Positions 38,418 through 48,485 of a stretch of 64,000 nucleotides of DNA are shown piece by piece. The stretch is from Betaproteobacteria bacterium (GTDB lineage: Bacteria > Pseudomonadota > Gammaproteobacteria > Burkholderiales > Burkholderiaceae_C): NCBI GenBank assembly GCA_009919175.1, contig RGCL01000006.1:2211-66210 (forward strand), written 5' to 3'. Position numbers and translations under genes: made by a program. Each line of letters opens with the position of its first letter. The first letter of the stretch is position 1. Under the pieces are notes generated by a model. That model did no database searches. It saw nothing but the letters and a program-made list of their open reading frames with translations, and had not been told where the DNA came from.

Positions 38418-39271
38418 TTAATGATCTGCGGCATCTCAATGATTTCAGAGAAATTTTGCGCCACAAAATCAAATGAGATTTGACATTCAATCCCACAAGA
38501 AACAATGTCCTTGTACCATGACTCGTTGAAGTCAATGATTTTTGGATGCCTCATATTACGCAAGAGTGCAGAGGTCCAATACAACTTGTCGACACGTAAT
38601 TGATATCCCTCATCCACCTTGGCGCTGATGTACTCAGCCATTTGATCTTTTTGGGCCTGGTACCTTGCCTGAATCATGGAGGTTCCAAACTCATTGAGTA
38701 TGTTTTTTTTCAGATCAGGATGCCTGCGAATCATCAACATGGCTTGATTTCTCTCGATTTCAGAAATCCAGCCAGCGAGATGATTGGTGCTGAATTCAAT
38801 CTTGTCATCAACGTAGAGGAGATAGTCGTAATTCCCCAGTTGACCGAATAAATGCGGCATCGCTTTGGCGATTTTCGATTGCTGTGCAGAGAGTATTCGA
38901 TTGCTTGAAACAGGTAAATTCAATTCAATACCCATCCACCCCATATCCTTGGCAGCAGAAAGGACGTCCTGATTGTTGGATATGAAGTAGTGATCAATGG
39001 ATCGATCCACCGGACTTCGTCTGAAAGTCTTGGCGTTACTTGCACCCATATAGGTTGAATAAACAGCAATCCTTGAAGATGGATGTACTTTTTGGCCTTT
39101 TTGGCCTTGGGTAAGAATCTTTAATTGATCTATTGAAAGAATTTCTCTATCAAAATCATTGCTCAAAGAACTTTGGAATTTTGAGTTTCTTCGGTCCTGG
39201 ACCCTCTTGCGATTAAAGGCTTTGATTCGCTGTATGAGATTGAGCATTGGATATCGAACCTTGTGAGTCAA
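38414..39271 (-). CDS. DUF616-like putative glycosyltransferase
   Basis: VYST.MG, K.AK.MPH, YDYLLYVDDK, RRHP, CQISFDFV. Confidence 0.6.
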   Translation of the reverse strand: MTHKVRYPMLNLIQRIKAFNRKRVQDRRNSKFQSSLSNDFDREILSIDQLKILTQGQKGQKVHPSSRIAVYSTYMGASNAKTFRRSPVDRSIDHYFISNNQDVLSAAKDMGWMGIELNLPVSSNRILSAQQSKIAKAMPHLFGQLGNYDYLLYVDDKIEFSTNHLAGWISEIERNQAMLMIRRHPDLKKNILNEFGTSMIQARYQAQKDQMAEYISAKVDEGYQLRVDKLYWTSALLRNMRHPKIIDFNESWYKDIVSCGIECQISFDFVAQNFSEIIEMPQIIN

Positions 39272-39322
39272 TCACCAACATCTGGATGCCCAGTTGTACT
39301 GACCTGAGGGCATCAGTAGGTT

Positions 39323-39396
39323 TGGAGGCGCGAGCCGGAGTCGAACCGACCTACACGGATTTGCAATCCGGTGCATAACCGCTTTGCTATCGCGCC
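39323..39396 (-). tRNA. tRNA-Cys(GCA)
   Basis: GGCGCGATAGCAAAGCGGTT...GGATT-GCA-AATCC...GTTCGACTCC...CCA. Confidence 0.96.
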
Positions 39397-39406
39397 GTGT
39401 CTGACG

Positions 39407-39434
39407 AAAAAGGGAAGCAGGTGCTTCCCTTTTT
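39407..39434. terminator. Terminator-like hairpin between tRNA-Gly and tRNA-Cys
   Basis: AAAAAGGGAAGCA-GG-TGCTTCCCTTTTT perfect inverted repeat. Confidence 0.65.
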
Positions 39435-39439
39435 GAATT

Positions 39440-39515
39440 TGGAGCGGGAAACGAGTCTCGAACTCGCGACCTCAACCTTGGCAAGGTTGCGCTCTACCAA
39501 CTGAGCTATTCCCGC
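39440..39515 (-). tRNA. tRNA-Gly(GCC)
   Basis: GCGGGAATAGCTCAGTTGGTAGAGCG-CAACCTT-GCC-AAGGTTG...GTTCGAG...CCA. Confidence 0.97.
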
Positions 39516-39525
39516 AATGGTCAAC

Positions 39526-39531
39526 ATTATA
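39526..39531 (-). promoter_or_regulatory. Sigma70 -10 box of the tRNA-Gly/Cys unit
   Basis: TATAAT ending about 10 nt before the tRNA-Gly 5' end; no clear -35. Confidence 0.5.
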
Positions 39532-39547
39532 GCCAATAAATTGGCCC

Positions 39548-41965
39548 TCAATGCTTGATGGCTGTCGGATCCACCGCAGCCTGTGTGGCTGAGCTTGGGA
39601 CCTCGATGGGCTTTTCCGGCAAAGGTTGGGGCATGCGCTCAAGGGCTACCTCCAGCACCTTGTCGATCCATTTGACAGGAATGATCTCGAGACCATTTTT
39701 GACGTTAACCGGGATTTCTTGCAAATCCTTCACGTTCTCTTCGGGGATCATGACCGTCTTGATGCCACCTCGCAGTGCTGCAAGCAACTTTTCCTTGAGT
39801 CCACCAATGGCCGTGACCTCGCCCCGAAGTGTGATCTCGCCTGTCATGGCCACATCACTGCGAACCGGAATGCCCGTCATGGCTGAAACCATGGCAGTGG
39901 TCATGGCGGCTCCTGCACTGGGGCCATCCTTGGGGGTTGCACCGTCGGGCACGTGGATGTGAATGTCTTTTTTCTCAAAGAATTCATCGGTGATACCGAG
40001 TCGACTTGCACGGCTTCTGACCACCGTACGCGCTGCCTCAACAGATTCCTTCATCACATCGCCCAAAGAGCCCGTGCGCGTGATGTTGCCTTTGCCGGGC
40101 ATGAGGGCCGCTTCGATGGTCAGCAAGTCGCCGCCCACCTCGGTCCAAGCCAAGCCCACAACTTGGCCCACTTGGTTTTGCTGCTCGGCACGACCATAGT
40201 TGTATTTGCGAACACCAAGGTAGTCATGCAGATTTTCAGCATTGACTTTAACCAGGGGTGTGAGCTGCTTGAGCTGCAGGCCCTTGACCACCTTGCGGCA
40301 GATCTTGGACATCTCACGCTCCAAAGATCGCACTCCTGCCTCACGCGTGTAGTAGCGAACCACATCGCGCACAGCTGACTCCTCAATCAGGAGTTCGGAC
40401 TCCTTGACCCCATTGTTTTCAAACTGCTTGGGGATGAGGTACTTGAGCGCAATGTTGATCTTTTCCTCCTCGGTGTAGCCAGAAAGTCGAATGACCTCCA
40501 TGCGATCGAGCAAGGCAGGTGGAATGTTCATGGAGTTCGAAGTTGCCACAAACATCACATCGCTCAAATCAAAATCCACCTCCACATAGTGATCGTTGAA
40601 GGTATGGTTTTGCTCCGGGTCCAACACTTCGAGCAAGGCGCTAGATGGATCACCACGGAAATCCGCACCCAGCTTGTCGATCTCGTCGAGCAAAAAGAGG
40701 GGATTGCGGGTTTTGACCTTGGTGAGGTTTTGAAGCAGCTTTCCAGGCAATGCACCAATGTAAGTGCGGCGGTGGCCACGGATTTCCGCTTCGTCACGCA
40801 TACCGCCCAGCGCCATGCGAACGTACTTGCGCCCGGTTGCCTTGGCAACGGACTGACCCAACGAGGTTTTGCCCACGCCCGGAGGCCCAACCAAGCACAA
40901 GATGGGGGCCTTCACTTTGTCGACGCGCTGCTGAACCGCCAAGTACTCAAGGATGCGGTCCTTGACCTTCTCAAGCCCATAGTGGTCCTCATTCAGAACG
41001 CCCTCCGCAAAAGGCAGATCGTGCTTGATTTTTGTTTTCTTGCTCCAGGGCAAGTTGACCAGAACATCGATGTAATTCCTAACCACACTCGCTTCAGCCG
41101 ACATGGGTGACATGAGCTTGAGCTTTTTGAGTTCCGACTCGGCCTTTTTGCGTGCATCCGTGGGCATGCGAGCAGCCTTGATCTTCTTCTCAATCTCTTC
41201 GATGTCAGCCCCTTCTTCGCCTTCGCCCAATTCTTTTTGAATGGCTTTGACTTGTTCATTGAGGTAGAAGTCGCGCTGATTTTTCTCCATTTGGCGCTTG
41301 ACACGCCCACGGATGCGTTTATCGACATTGAGAATTTCGACTTCTCGCTCAAGTTGGGAAAAGAGGTTTTCCAAACGCTCCTTCACATCGGGCAGATCCA
41401 GCACCATTTGCTTGTTCTCAAGCTTGAGCGGCAAATGCGCTGCGATGGTGTCAGCCAAACGGCCGGCCTCATCAATGCTGGCAATGGAGGTGAGGATTTC
41501 CGGCGGGATCTTCTTGTTGAGTTTGACGTATTGATCAAACTGCTGCATGACCGCTCTGCGCAAAGCCTCAACCTCTGCATCGGCTTCCTTGCCAACTTCA
41601 GGCAGCATGGGGGTCAGGTTGGCCGAGAAGTGAAGCTCGCCATCTTCAATGCGATTGACCTTGGCACGCTGTTGACCCTCGACCAATACTTTGACTGTGC
41701 CATCGGGGAGCTTGAGCATTTGAAGAATGGATGCAATGCATCCGACCTCAAACATGTCGGCAATTGCTGGCTCATCTTTGGCAGCCGCCTTTTGGGCAAC
41801 CAGCATCACTGAACGGTTGGCCGCCATGGAGGTCTCCAAGGCTTTGATGCTTTTGGGGCGCCCCACAAACAAGGGAATCACCATGTGGGGGAATACCACC
41901 ACATCGCGCAGAGGCAGCAGGGGCAGATCAATGGGTTCTGCCGGCAACAAAGGATTTCCGGACAT
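39548..41965 (-). CDS. lon: Lon protease
   Basis: PLLPLRDVVVFP, GPPGVGKTS, DGPSAG (catalytic Ser), GGLKEK. Confidence 0.97.
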   Translation of the reverse strand: MSGNPLLPAEPIDLPLLPLRDVVVFPHMVIPLFVGRPKSIKALETSMAANRSVMLVAQKAAAKDEPAIADMFEVGCIASILQMLKLPDGTVKVLVEGQQRAKVNRIEDGELHFSANLTPMLPEVGKEADAEVEALRRAVMQQFDQYVKLNKKIPPEILTSIASIDEAGRLADTIAAHLPLKLENKQMVLDLPDVKERLENLFSQLEREVEILNVDKRIRGRVKRQMEKNQRDFYLNEQVKAIQKELGEGEEGADIEEIEKKIKAARMPTDARKKAESELKKLKLMSPMSAEASVVRNYIDVLVNLPWSKKTKIKHDLPFAEGVLNEDHYGLEKVKDRILEYLAVQQRVDKVKAPILCLVGPPGVGKTSLGQSVAKATGRKYVRMALGGMRDEAEIRGHRRTYIGALPGKLLQNLTKVKTRNPLFLLDEIDKLGADFRGDPSSALLEVLDPEQNHTFNDHYVEVDFDLSDVMFVATSNSMNIPPALLDRMEVIRLSGYTEEEKINIALKYLIPKQFENNGVKESELLIEESAVRDVVRYYTREAGVRSLEREMSKICRKVVKGLQLKQLTPLVKVNAENLHDYLGVRKYNYGRAEQQNQVGQVVGLAWTEVGGDLLTIEAALMPGKGNITRTGSLGDVMKESVEAARTVVRSRASRLGITDEFFEKKDIHIHVPDGATPKDGPSAGAAMTTAMVSAMTGIPVRSDVAMTGEITLRGEVTAIGGLKEKLLAALRGGIKTVMIPEENVKDLQEIPVNVKNGLEIIPVKWIDKVLEVALERMPQPLPEKPIEVPSSATQAAVDPTAIKH

Positions 41966-41978
41966 GATGTCCTCCATC

Positions 41979-42008
41979 AAAAAAGGGACCGAGCCATCCC
42001 GAGTCCCT
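41979..42008 (-). terminator. Intrinsic terminator between clpX and lon
   Basis: Minus strand AGGGAC-TCGGG-ATGG-CTCG-GTCCC followed by T6. Confidence 0.7.
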
Positions 42009-42015
42009 AAAGAAT

Positions 42016-43284
42016 TTAGGCCTTTTTGGCTTCCTCTCGGTAAACCAGCAAAGGTGGCTTGTGGTCAACGACAGTGGCCTCTTCAACCACCACCTTCTCC
42101 ACATTGTTTTGGTTGGGCAGGTCGAACATGGTGTCGATCAACGAATGTTCAAGTATCGACCTCAATCCACGAGCGCCTGTTTTTCTGTCCAGGGCCTTGC
42201 GTGCAATGGCTTCGAGTGCAGGTGCGCGGAATTCGAGATCAACCCCTTCCATGGCAAAGAGCTGGGCGTATTGCTTAACCAGTGCATTGCGGGGCTCAGT
42301 GAGGATGCGTACCAACGCCTCAGAGGTCAGTTCGTCCAACGTGGCAACCACGGGCAAACGACCCACCAATTCGGGGATCAGACCAAACTTGATGAGATCT
42401 TCTGGCTCGACCTCGGCAAAGACATCGGTCAGAGATCTTTCCTTCTTGGACTTGACCAGGGCACCAAACCCAATGCCTGAGGCTTCGGTGCGCTGTTCGA
42501 TGACCTTTTCAAGGCCAGCAAAGGCGCCACCGCAAATGAACAGGATGTTGGTGGTGTCCACCTGCAAAAAATCCTGATTGGGGTGCTTGCGTCCGCCTTG
42601 GGGCGGTACGCTGGCCATGGTTCCCTCAATGAGTTTGAGCAAAGCTTGCTGGACACCCTCTCCTGACACATCGCGGGTGATGGAAGGGTTATCAGACTTG
42701 CGGGAAATCTTGTCGATCTCGTCGATGTAAACAATGCCACGCTGGGCCTTTTCGACGTCGTAATTGCAGTTCTGAAGCAGCTTTTGAATGATGTTTTCAA
42801 CGTCCTCGCCTACATAGCCAGCCTCGGTGAGCGTGGTGGCATCGGCCATCACAAAGGGGACATTGAGCATTTTTGCCATGGTCTGGGCCAACAAGGTCTT
42901 GCCAGATCCTGTTGGGCCAATCAGCAAAATGTTGCTCTTGGTGAGTTCAACATCGTCCTTGCCCGCCTTGTCTTTGTGCAACAAGCGCTTGTAGTGGTTG
43001 TAGACCGCGACCGCCAAGGCCCGCTTGGCCTTGTCCTGACCAATGATGTAGTGGTCCAGATTGTGTTTGATGTCCTGGGGCGTGGGCAAGTCGCCCTTGG
43101 CAGTGGATGCAGAAATGTCTGCATCGGGTAATTCGTCACGAATGATGTCGTTGCAAAGGTCTATGCATTCATCGCAAATGAAAACAGAGGGACCTGCAAT
43201 GAGTTTTTTGACCTCGTGCTGGCTTTTTCCACAAAACGAACAGTACAGGGTTTTGTCACTGGAACTGCCTTTTTTCTCTGCCAT
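42016..43284 (-). CDS. clpX: ClpX ATPase
   Basis: CSFCGK Zn-binding domain, [16 protein letters not shown] loop. Confidence 0.97.
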   Translation of the reverse strand: MAEKKGSSSDKTLYCSFCGKSQHEVKKLIAGPSVFICDECIDLCNDIIRDELPDADISASTAKGDLPTPQDIKHNLDHYIIGQDKAKRALAVAVYNHYKRLLHKDKAGKDDVELTKSNILLIGPTGSGKTLLAQTMAKMLNVPFVMADATTLTEAGYVGEDVENIIQKLLQNCNYDVEKAQRGIVYIDEIDKISRKSDNPSITRDVSGEGVQQALLKLIEGTMASVPPQGGRKHPNQDFLQVDTTNILFICGGAFAGLEKVIEQRTEASGIGFGALVKSKKERSLTDVFAEVEPEDLIKFGLIPELVGRLPVVATLDELTSEALVRILTEPRNALVKQYAQLFAMEGVDLEFRAPALEAIARKALDRKTGARGLRSILEHSLIDTMFDLPNQNNVEKVVVEEATVVDHKPPLLVYREEAKKA

Positions 43285-43374
43285 GCCGATGTCACCTTCC
43301 TAAGCTGAAACGAACCGATGATAACCAGTTAAAACATCGGCCTGAAATGCAATTCCCTGAGCGAAAAACGGCCC

Positions 43375-43983
43375 TTAGCTGCGCTTTGCGATGACTTGAT
43401 CAACGAGACCATAGGCCTGGGCTTCTTCTGCGCTCAGGAAATAGTCACGCTCAGTGTCTTTTTCGATGCGCTCAAGAGGCTGCCCCGTTCTCTCTGCAAG
43501 AATTTTGTTGAGTTGCTCACGCGTCTTGAGGATTTCTCGGGCATGAATCTCTATCTCGGTGGCTTGACCCTGAGTACCGCCCAGAGGCTGGTGAATCATC
43601 ACCTTGGCATTGGGTAATGCAAAACGTTTGCCTTTTTCACCTGCCGCGAGCAAAAAGGCACCCATGCTGGCCGCCATGCCCACGCAAAGGGTGGAAACCG
43701 CTGGCTTGATGAAGTTCATGGTGTCGAAAATGGCCATGCCAGCCGAGACCGAACCCCCAGGTGAGTTGATGTAGAGGGAGATGTCCTTGTCAGGATTCTC
43801 TGACTCCAGAAAGAGAAGCTGAGCCACCACCAGGTTGGCGGTTTGGTCATTCACAGGCCCCACCAAGAAGATGACCCGCTCACGCAAGAGACGCGAATAA
43901 ATGTCGTAGGAACGCTCACCCCGCCCCGATTGCTCAATGACGATGGGAACCATTCCCAATGCCGATGTATCCAATGCGCTCAT
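43375..43983 (-). CDS. clpP: ClpP protease
   Basis: [30 protein letters not shown]. Confidence 0.97.
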   Translation of the reverse strand: MSALDTSALGMVPIVIEQSGRGERSYDIYSRLLRERVIFLVGPVNDQTANLVVAQLLFLESENPDKDISLYINSPGGSVSAGMAIFDTMNFIKPAVSTLCVGMAASMGAFLLAAGEKGKRFALPNAKVMIHQPLGGTQGQATEIEIHAREILKTREQLNKILAERTGQPLERIEKDTERDYFLSAEEAQAYGLVDQVIAKRS

Positions 43984-44009
43984 GCTTGTTCTCCAGTTTG
44001 AGATCAACA

Positions 44010-45320
44010 TCATCCCTGACCCATGAGTTCTTCGAAGGAAACGGTCTTTTCGGTGACCTTCGCTTGACTCAACACGAAATCCGTGACGTTGGCCTCGATG
44101 ACCAAGCCTTCAATCTCAGCCAGGCGGGATGAGTCGCTGAAATACCATTTGATGACCTCTTCGGGCTTTTCGTAGCTCGCAGCCATGGATTCCACACGCT
44201 CGCGCAGCTGCTCTGGCGTGGCATGCAAGCCATTGGCTTTGACCACTTCGGCCACCACCAATCCCATGCGAACACGTTGCTCAGCCTGGGGCTTGAAGAT
44301 GTCCTCGGGGATGGGGGCTGTCTCGGCATCCTTGATGCCCCTTTGCTTGAGATCAGCCCTCGCCTGATCCACCAATCGGAGGGTTTCAGACTTGACCATG
44401 GATTGGGGTAAATCCAGCTCTGCATGAGCCACCAAGGCCTGCAACGTGGCCTGGCGGCGGCGCAACAGCAAACGCGATTCCAATTCGCGATCCAGGTTCT
44501 CGCGAATGTCAGCCTTGAGGCCTTGGACGGTGCCATCCTTCACGCCCAGGGACTTGGCAAACTCATCGTTCACCTCGGGCAAATGAGCTGCCTCGAGTTT
44601 GTTGAGGGTCACCAAAAAGTCAGCGGTCTTGCCAGCCACATCTTTGCCGTGGTAGTCCTCAGGGAAGGGCAACGGGAAGGTCTTGCTCTCACCGGGCTTC
44701 ATGCCGTTCACGGCTTCTTCAAAGGCCGGGAGCATCTGGCCTTCGGCCAGGATGAACTGGAAATTCTCTGCGCGGCCACCTTCAAAAGGCTCACCGTCGA
44801 TCTTGCCCTCGAAATGGATGGTGACACGATCCCCGGCTTGCGCCTGGGCATCCATGCTGCGCTGCGCAAAGGTGCGGCGCTGCTTGCGCAACAAATCGAT
44901 GGTCTTGTCGATGGCTTCTTCGTTGACACTGGACACCACCTTTTCGACGGTGATGCCGCTCAGATCAGCCACTTTGACTTCGGGATAAATTTCAAACACA
45001 GCGTCAAAAGCCATTTGGCCTTCGGGTGCATTTTCGGCTTGGGAAATGCTGGGCTGACCAGCCACCCGCAACTGGGCTTCATTGGCAGCCTTCTGAAAGG
45101 CCTCGCCCACTTTGTCGTTCATGACTTCATAGTGAACCGAATAGCCGTATCGCTGGGAAACGATGCTCAGCGGCACTTTGCCCGGCCTGAAGCCATCCAC
45201 CTTGACGCGGCGCGCCAGGCTCTGGAGGCGGGTTTTGACTTCCTGATTGATGACATCCACGGGCAAGGTGAGTGTCATTTTGCGCTCGAGTTTTTCGAGA
45301 GTTTGAACTTCAATGGCCAC
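44010..45320 (-). CDS. tig: Trigger factor (GTG start)
   Basis: GFRPGKVP signature, FKBP domain (GEPFEGG, FPEDYH..DVAGK). Confidence 0.95.
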   Translation of the reverse strand: MAIEVQTLEKLERKMTLTLPVDVINQEVKTRLQSLARRVKVDGFRPGKVPLSIVSQRYGYSVHYEVMNDKVGEAFQKAANEAQLRVAGQPSISQAENAPEGQMAFDAVFEIYPEVKVADLSGITVEKVVSSVNEEAIDKTIDLLRKQRRTFAQRSMDAQAQAGDRVTIHFEGKIDGEPFEGGRAENFQFILAEGQMLPAFEEAVNGMKPGESKTFPLPFPEDYHGKDVAGKTADFLVTLNKLEAAHLPEVNDEFAKSLGVKDGTVQGLKADIRENLDRELESRLLLRRRQATLQALVAHAELDLPQSMVKSETLRLVDQARADLKQRGIKDAETAPIPEDIFKPQAEQRVRMGLVVAEVVKANGLHATPEQLRERVESMAASYEKPEEVIKWYFSDSSRLAEIEGLVIEANVTDFVLSQAKVTEKTVSFEELMGQG

Positions 45321-45366
45321 GAAAGCTGCTCCTAAAAGTGACAGGTTGTGCCGGGTGGCGCCAGCC

Positions 45367-45453
45367 TGGTGCGCGGGGGGGGACTCGAACCCCCACACCA
45401 TTGCTGGCGTCAGGACCTAAACCTGGTGCGTCTACCAATTTCGCCACCCGCGC
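45367..45453 (-). tRNA. tRNA-Leu(TAG)
   Basis: GCGCGGGTGGCGAAATTGGTAGACGC-ACCAGGTT-TAG-GTCCTG, long variable arm, GTTCGAG, CCA. Confidence 0.95.
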
Positions 45454-45558
45454 GAAGTTTGAAAAAGGCGACGGGTGGTTTGCGATCACAAACCACCCAT
45501 CTGAAATCGGTTTCAAGATTTTAACTGCACCACTGCAAGCTCTTGAGAGAATGCCCCC

Positions 45559-46329
45559 ATGGCCGTTGATCATTACGAAAATTTTCCTGTTGCATCCTGG
45601 CTTTGTCCGCCATCCATACGGCCAGCGGTCAAAAGCCTTTACCGCTTTGCGCGTCATGCCGACGACTTGGCCGATGAAGGTCAAGCGCACTGGACGCAAC
45701 GCATGAGCGCTCTAGAAGCGCTCGATCAAGCCCTGATCCACCTTCAAATGGGTCAGGATCTTCAACAGGTCCCACCCACTGTTGGTGAGTTGTGGCCCCA
45801 TGTTGTTGAACACCAGCTGGATGTGCAGCTCCTTCGGGATTTGTTGAGTGCCTTTCAGCAGGACGTCCGCATGACCGCACAAGGCTTGGTCATGCAAGAC
45901 CTTGATCAGGTCCTGGACTATTGCAGCCGGTCCGCCAACCCGGTGGGTCGCTTGATTTTGCAGCTGATCCATCAAAACGAGCCCGCCCACCTCGCCATGA
46001 GCGATGACATCTGCACAGCCCTTCAGTTGATCAATTTTTGGCAAGACTTGAGTGTGGATCGCCAACGCGGCCGGCACTATTTGCCGGCCGGGCTTTCTTT
46101 GTCGGATGCGATTGAACTGACGCGGTTGCGCATGTTGCGGGGCGCACCATTGGCATGGCTGATCCGGGGCCGCATGGGCTGGGAGCTGCGCGCAGTGGTC
46201 CACGGCGGACTTCGGACATTGGAGCGCGTTGCCCACACCGACGTGCAGCACATTCGCCCCACGCTGGGTGCTGTGGATTGGCTACAGGTGGCCTGGCGTT
46301 GCCTGAGCACCCGGCCGCCTAGCCTTTGA
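45559..46329 (+). CDS. hpnC: Hydroxysqualene synthase HpnC
   Basis: HYENFPVASWL, ARHADDLAD, YC.RSANPVGR, LQLINFWQD. Confidence 0.9.
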   Translation: MAVDHYENFPVASWLCPPSIRPAVKSLYRFARHADDLADEGQAHWTQRMSALEALDQALIHLQMGQDLQQVPPTVGELWPHVVEHQLDVQLLRDLLSAFQQDVRMTAQGLVMQDLDQVLDYCSRSANPVGRLILQLIHQNEPAHLAMSDDICTALQLINFWQDLSVDRQRGRHYLPAGLSLSDAIELTRLRMLRGAPLAWLIRGRMGWELRAVVHGGLRTLERVAHTDVQHIRPTLGAVDWLQVAWRCLSTRPPSL

Positions 46330-46341
46330 CACAATCCACAC

Positions 46342-47181
46342 ATGACACCCGAGCAATACGTTCAAGACAAGGCCGCCTCTTCGGGGAGCAGCTTTTATTA
46401 CGCTTTTCTGTTTTTGCCCAAACCCCGCCGGGCAGCCATCACGGCCTTTTACGCGTTTTGCCGTGAAGTGGACGATGTCGTGGATGACATGCAAGAACCC
46501 GATGTCGCCAGCGCCAAGCTGGCTTGGTGGCATCAGCAGGTGATCGAAGCCTACCAAGGTCAAGCCCAGCATCCCGTGATGAAAGCCTTGATGCCCTGGG
46601 CAGATGTGTATGGCATCCATGCCCAGCATTTGCAGGACATCATTGCAGGATGCCAAATGGACTTGCGTCAGAACCGATACCTGGATTTTGTTGGGCTACA
46701 GCACTATTGCCATTTGGTGGCGGGGGTGGTGGGCGAAGTCTCTGCCCGAATCTTTGGTCAGACCCATGAGCAGACCACGGCCTATGCCCATGAACTGGGA
46801 TTGGCCCTTCAACTCACCAACATCATTCGCGATGTGGGCGAGGACGCCAGGCGGGGGCGCATCTATTTGCCCCTGGATGACCTGCGCACCCACGGCGTGA
46901 GCGTTCAGTCGATCCTGAACCAGCAGGACGGACCTGCCTTCAAATCCTTGATGCAGTTTCAAGCGGACAGGGCGTTGGGGCACTATCAAAAGGCCCTGGA
47001 CTTGCTGCCCCAGGTGGATCGCCACACCCAAAAACCTGGCCTCATGATGGCCAGCATCTACCGCACCTTGCTGGCAGAGATTCAGTCGGCTCAGTTTCCC
47101 GTACTCAATCAACGGGTCAAGCTGACGCCTTTGCGCAAATTTTGGCTGGCCTGGAAGGTCCAAGCCTTGGGCATGCTGTGA
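46342..47181 (+). CDS. hpnD: Presqualene diphosphate synthase HpnD
   Basis: SGSSFYYAF, CREVDDVVD, VAGVVG, LQLTNIIRDVGED. Confidence 0.92.
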   Translation: MTPEQYVQDKAASSGSSFYYAFLFLPKPRRAAITAFYAFCREVDDVVDDMQEPDVASAKLAWWHQQVIEAYQGQAQHPVMKALMPWADVYGIHAQHLQDIIAGCQMDLRQNRYLDFVGLQHYCHLVAGVVGEVSARIFGQTHEQTTAYAHELGLALQLTNIIRDVGEDARRGRIYLPLDDLRTHGVSVQSILNQQDGPAFKSLMQFQADRALGHYQKALDLLPQVDRHTQKPGLMMASIYRTLLAEIQSAQFPVLNQRVKLTPLRKFWLAWKVQALGML

Positions 47182-48413
47182 CCCGTCTACATATTGTGGG
47201 AGGGGGCTGGGCAGGTCTGTCGGCGGCTGTGCACGGCGTCTTGGCAGGACATGAGGTGTGCTTGTACGACATGGCCCCTCAACTGGGCGGGCGTGCTCGC
47301 CAGGTGAATTGGGGGCACTTGGAGCTCGACAACGGACAGCACATTCTCACGGGCGCATGCACCCACACCCTGTCCTTGATGTCACTTGTTGGCGCAGATC
47401 CTGAAACGGTTCTATACAGAACCCCCTTGCAGTTCACGACACCCTCTGGGCGCATGGCACCCTGGCTGGCTCATCCCGGACGCTGGCAAAGGCTCATGGG
47501 CTTACTCAGCTGCTCCATGCTGAACTGGCGTGAACGGTGGGCTTGGCTGCAGTGCATCGTGCAACTGCAATGGAGTCGGCCCGCGTCTTGGCACGGGAAA
47601 ACCGCCGCCGATTGGCTGGCGATGAATGCTCATTGGACGGTTCAACCCTGGCTGGAGGCCTTGTGCGTGTCAGCCATGAATTTGCCAGCCAGCCAGGCCG
47701 ACGCCACGGTTTTTTTGAACCTGATGCAGACCTCTTTTGAATCACCTCAAGCCAGCGACTTGCTCTTGCCCAAGGTCAGCCTGAGCGAATTGCTGCCCCA
47801 TCGAGCCGCCGACTGGCTTCGCGCACGAGGCGCTCAGGTCCAGCTGGGACAGCGCATCACGGACCTGAACCCGTTGCTCGACACTGGTAGGGTGGTGCTG
47901 GCGTGTTCAGCTCAGGAAGCCGCACGGCTGAGCAGCGGGTTGTCACCTGAATGGTCGGACATGGCTCAGCACATCGAGCATGGCCCCATTGCAACGGTCT
48001 ACACCCGCTGGAGCGGATCTGCCCCTCAACTGATGGACCCCTTGGTCATCATGCCTCCAGGCTTAGATTCACCCGCTCAGGTGGTGATGGACTTGGGATG
48101 CCTGAGGGCAAGCCCTCAATACGGGGGCATCTGGTCATGGGTGATCAGTTTTGCCCAAGTGGATCGCGAAGAAGCCGCCAGACTGGTCTTGCAACAAGCC
48201 CAATCGGTTTGGGGCAGGCAACCCGAGGTGGTCGCTTGCTTTCTAGACCCTCGCGCCACCATCCTCTGCCGCCCTGGGTTGAAGAGGCCAGGACACCATG
48301 TTGGCCCCGGCGTCTGGGCTTGCGGTGACTACGTCGAATCAGACCTGCCCTCCACCCTAGAAGGAGCCATTCGTTCGGGCTTACAGGTCATTGAGGCGAT
48401 TCAATCTCATTAA
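47178..48413 (+). CDS. hpnE: Hydroxysqualene dehydroxylase HpnE
   Basis: GGGWAG FAD site, DNGQHIL, CGDY...PSTLEGAIRSG; GTG overlaps the hpnD stop. Confidence 0.85.
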   Translation: MTRLHIVGGGWAGLSAAVHGVLAGHEVCLYDMAPQLGGRARQVNWGHLELDNGQHILTGACTHTLSLMSLVGADPETVLYRTPLQFTTPSGRMAPWLAHPGRWQRLMGLLSCSMLNWRERWAWLQCIVQLQWSRPASWHGKTAADWLAMNAHWTVQPWLEALCVSAMNLPASQADATVFLNLMQTSFESPQASDLLLPKVSLSELLPHRAADWLRARGAQVQLGQRITDLNPLLDTGRVVLACSAQEAARLSSGLSPEWSDMAQHIEHGPIATVYTRWSGSAPQLMDPLVIMPPGLDSPAQVVMDLGCLRASPQYGGIWSWVISFAQVDREEAARLVLQQAQSVWGRQPEVVACFLDPRATILCRPGLKRPGHHVGPGVWACGDYVESDLPSTLEGAIRSGLQVIEAIQSH

Positions 48414-48485
48414 AGGCAAATGCCCATTTCCAAGCTTTTGGCTGGTCTGTCTTGCTGACAGACAATGTGGGAAAGGGAATTTGAA

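Noticed and set aside
39285-39318. Overlapping stems GATGCCC/GGGCATC and TACTGA/TCAGTA after tRNA-Cys
   Set aside because: Short, no U-tract, and consistent with an ordinary tRNA 3' trailer.
45321-45401. N-terminal extension of tig in the ORF track
   Set aside because: It runs into tRNA-Leu; the GTG at 45320 gives a normal trigger-factor N-terminus.
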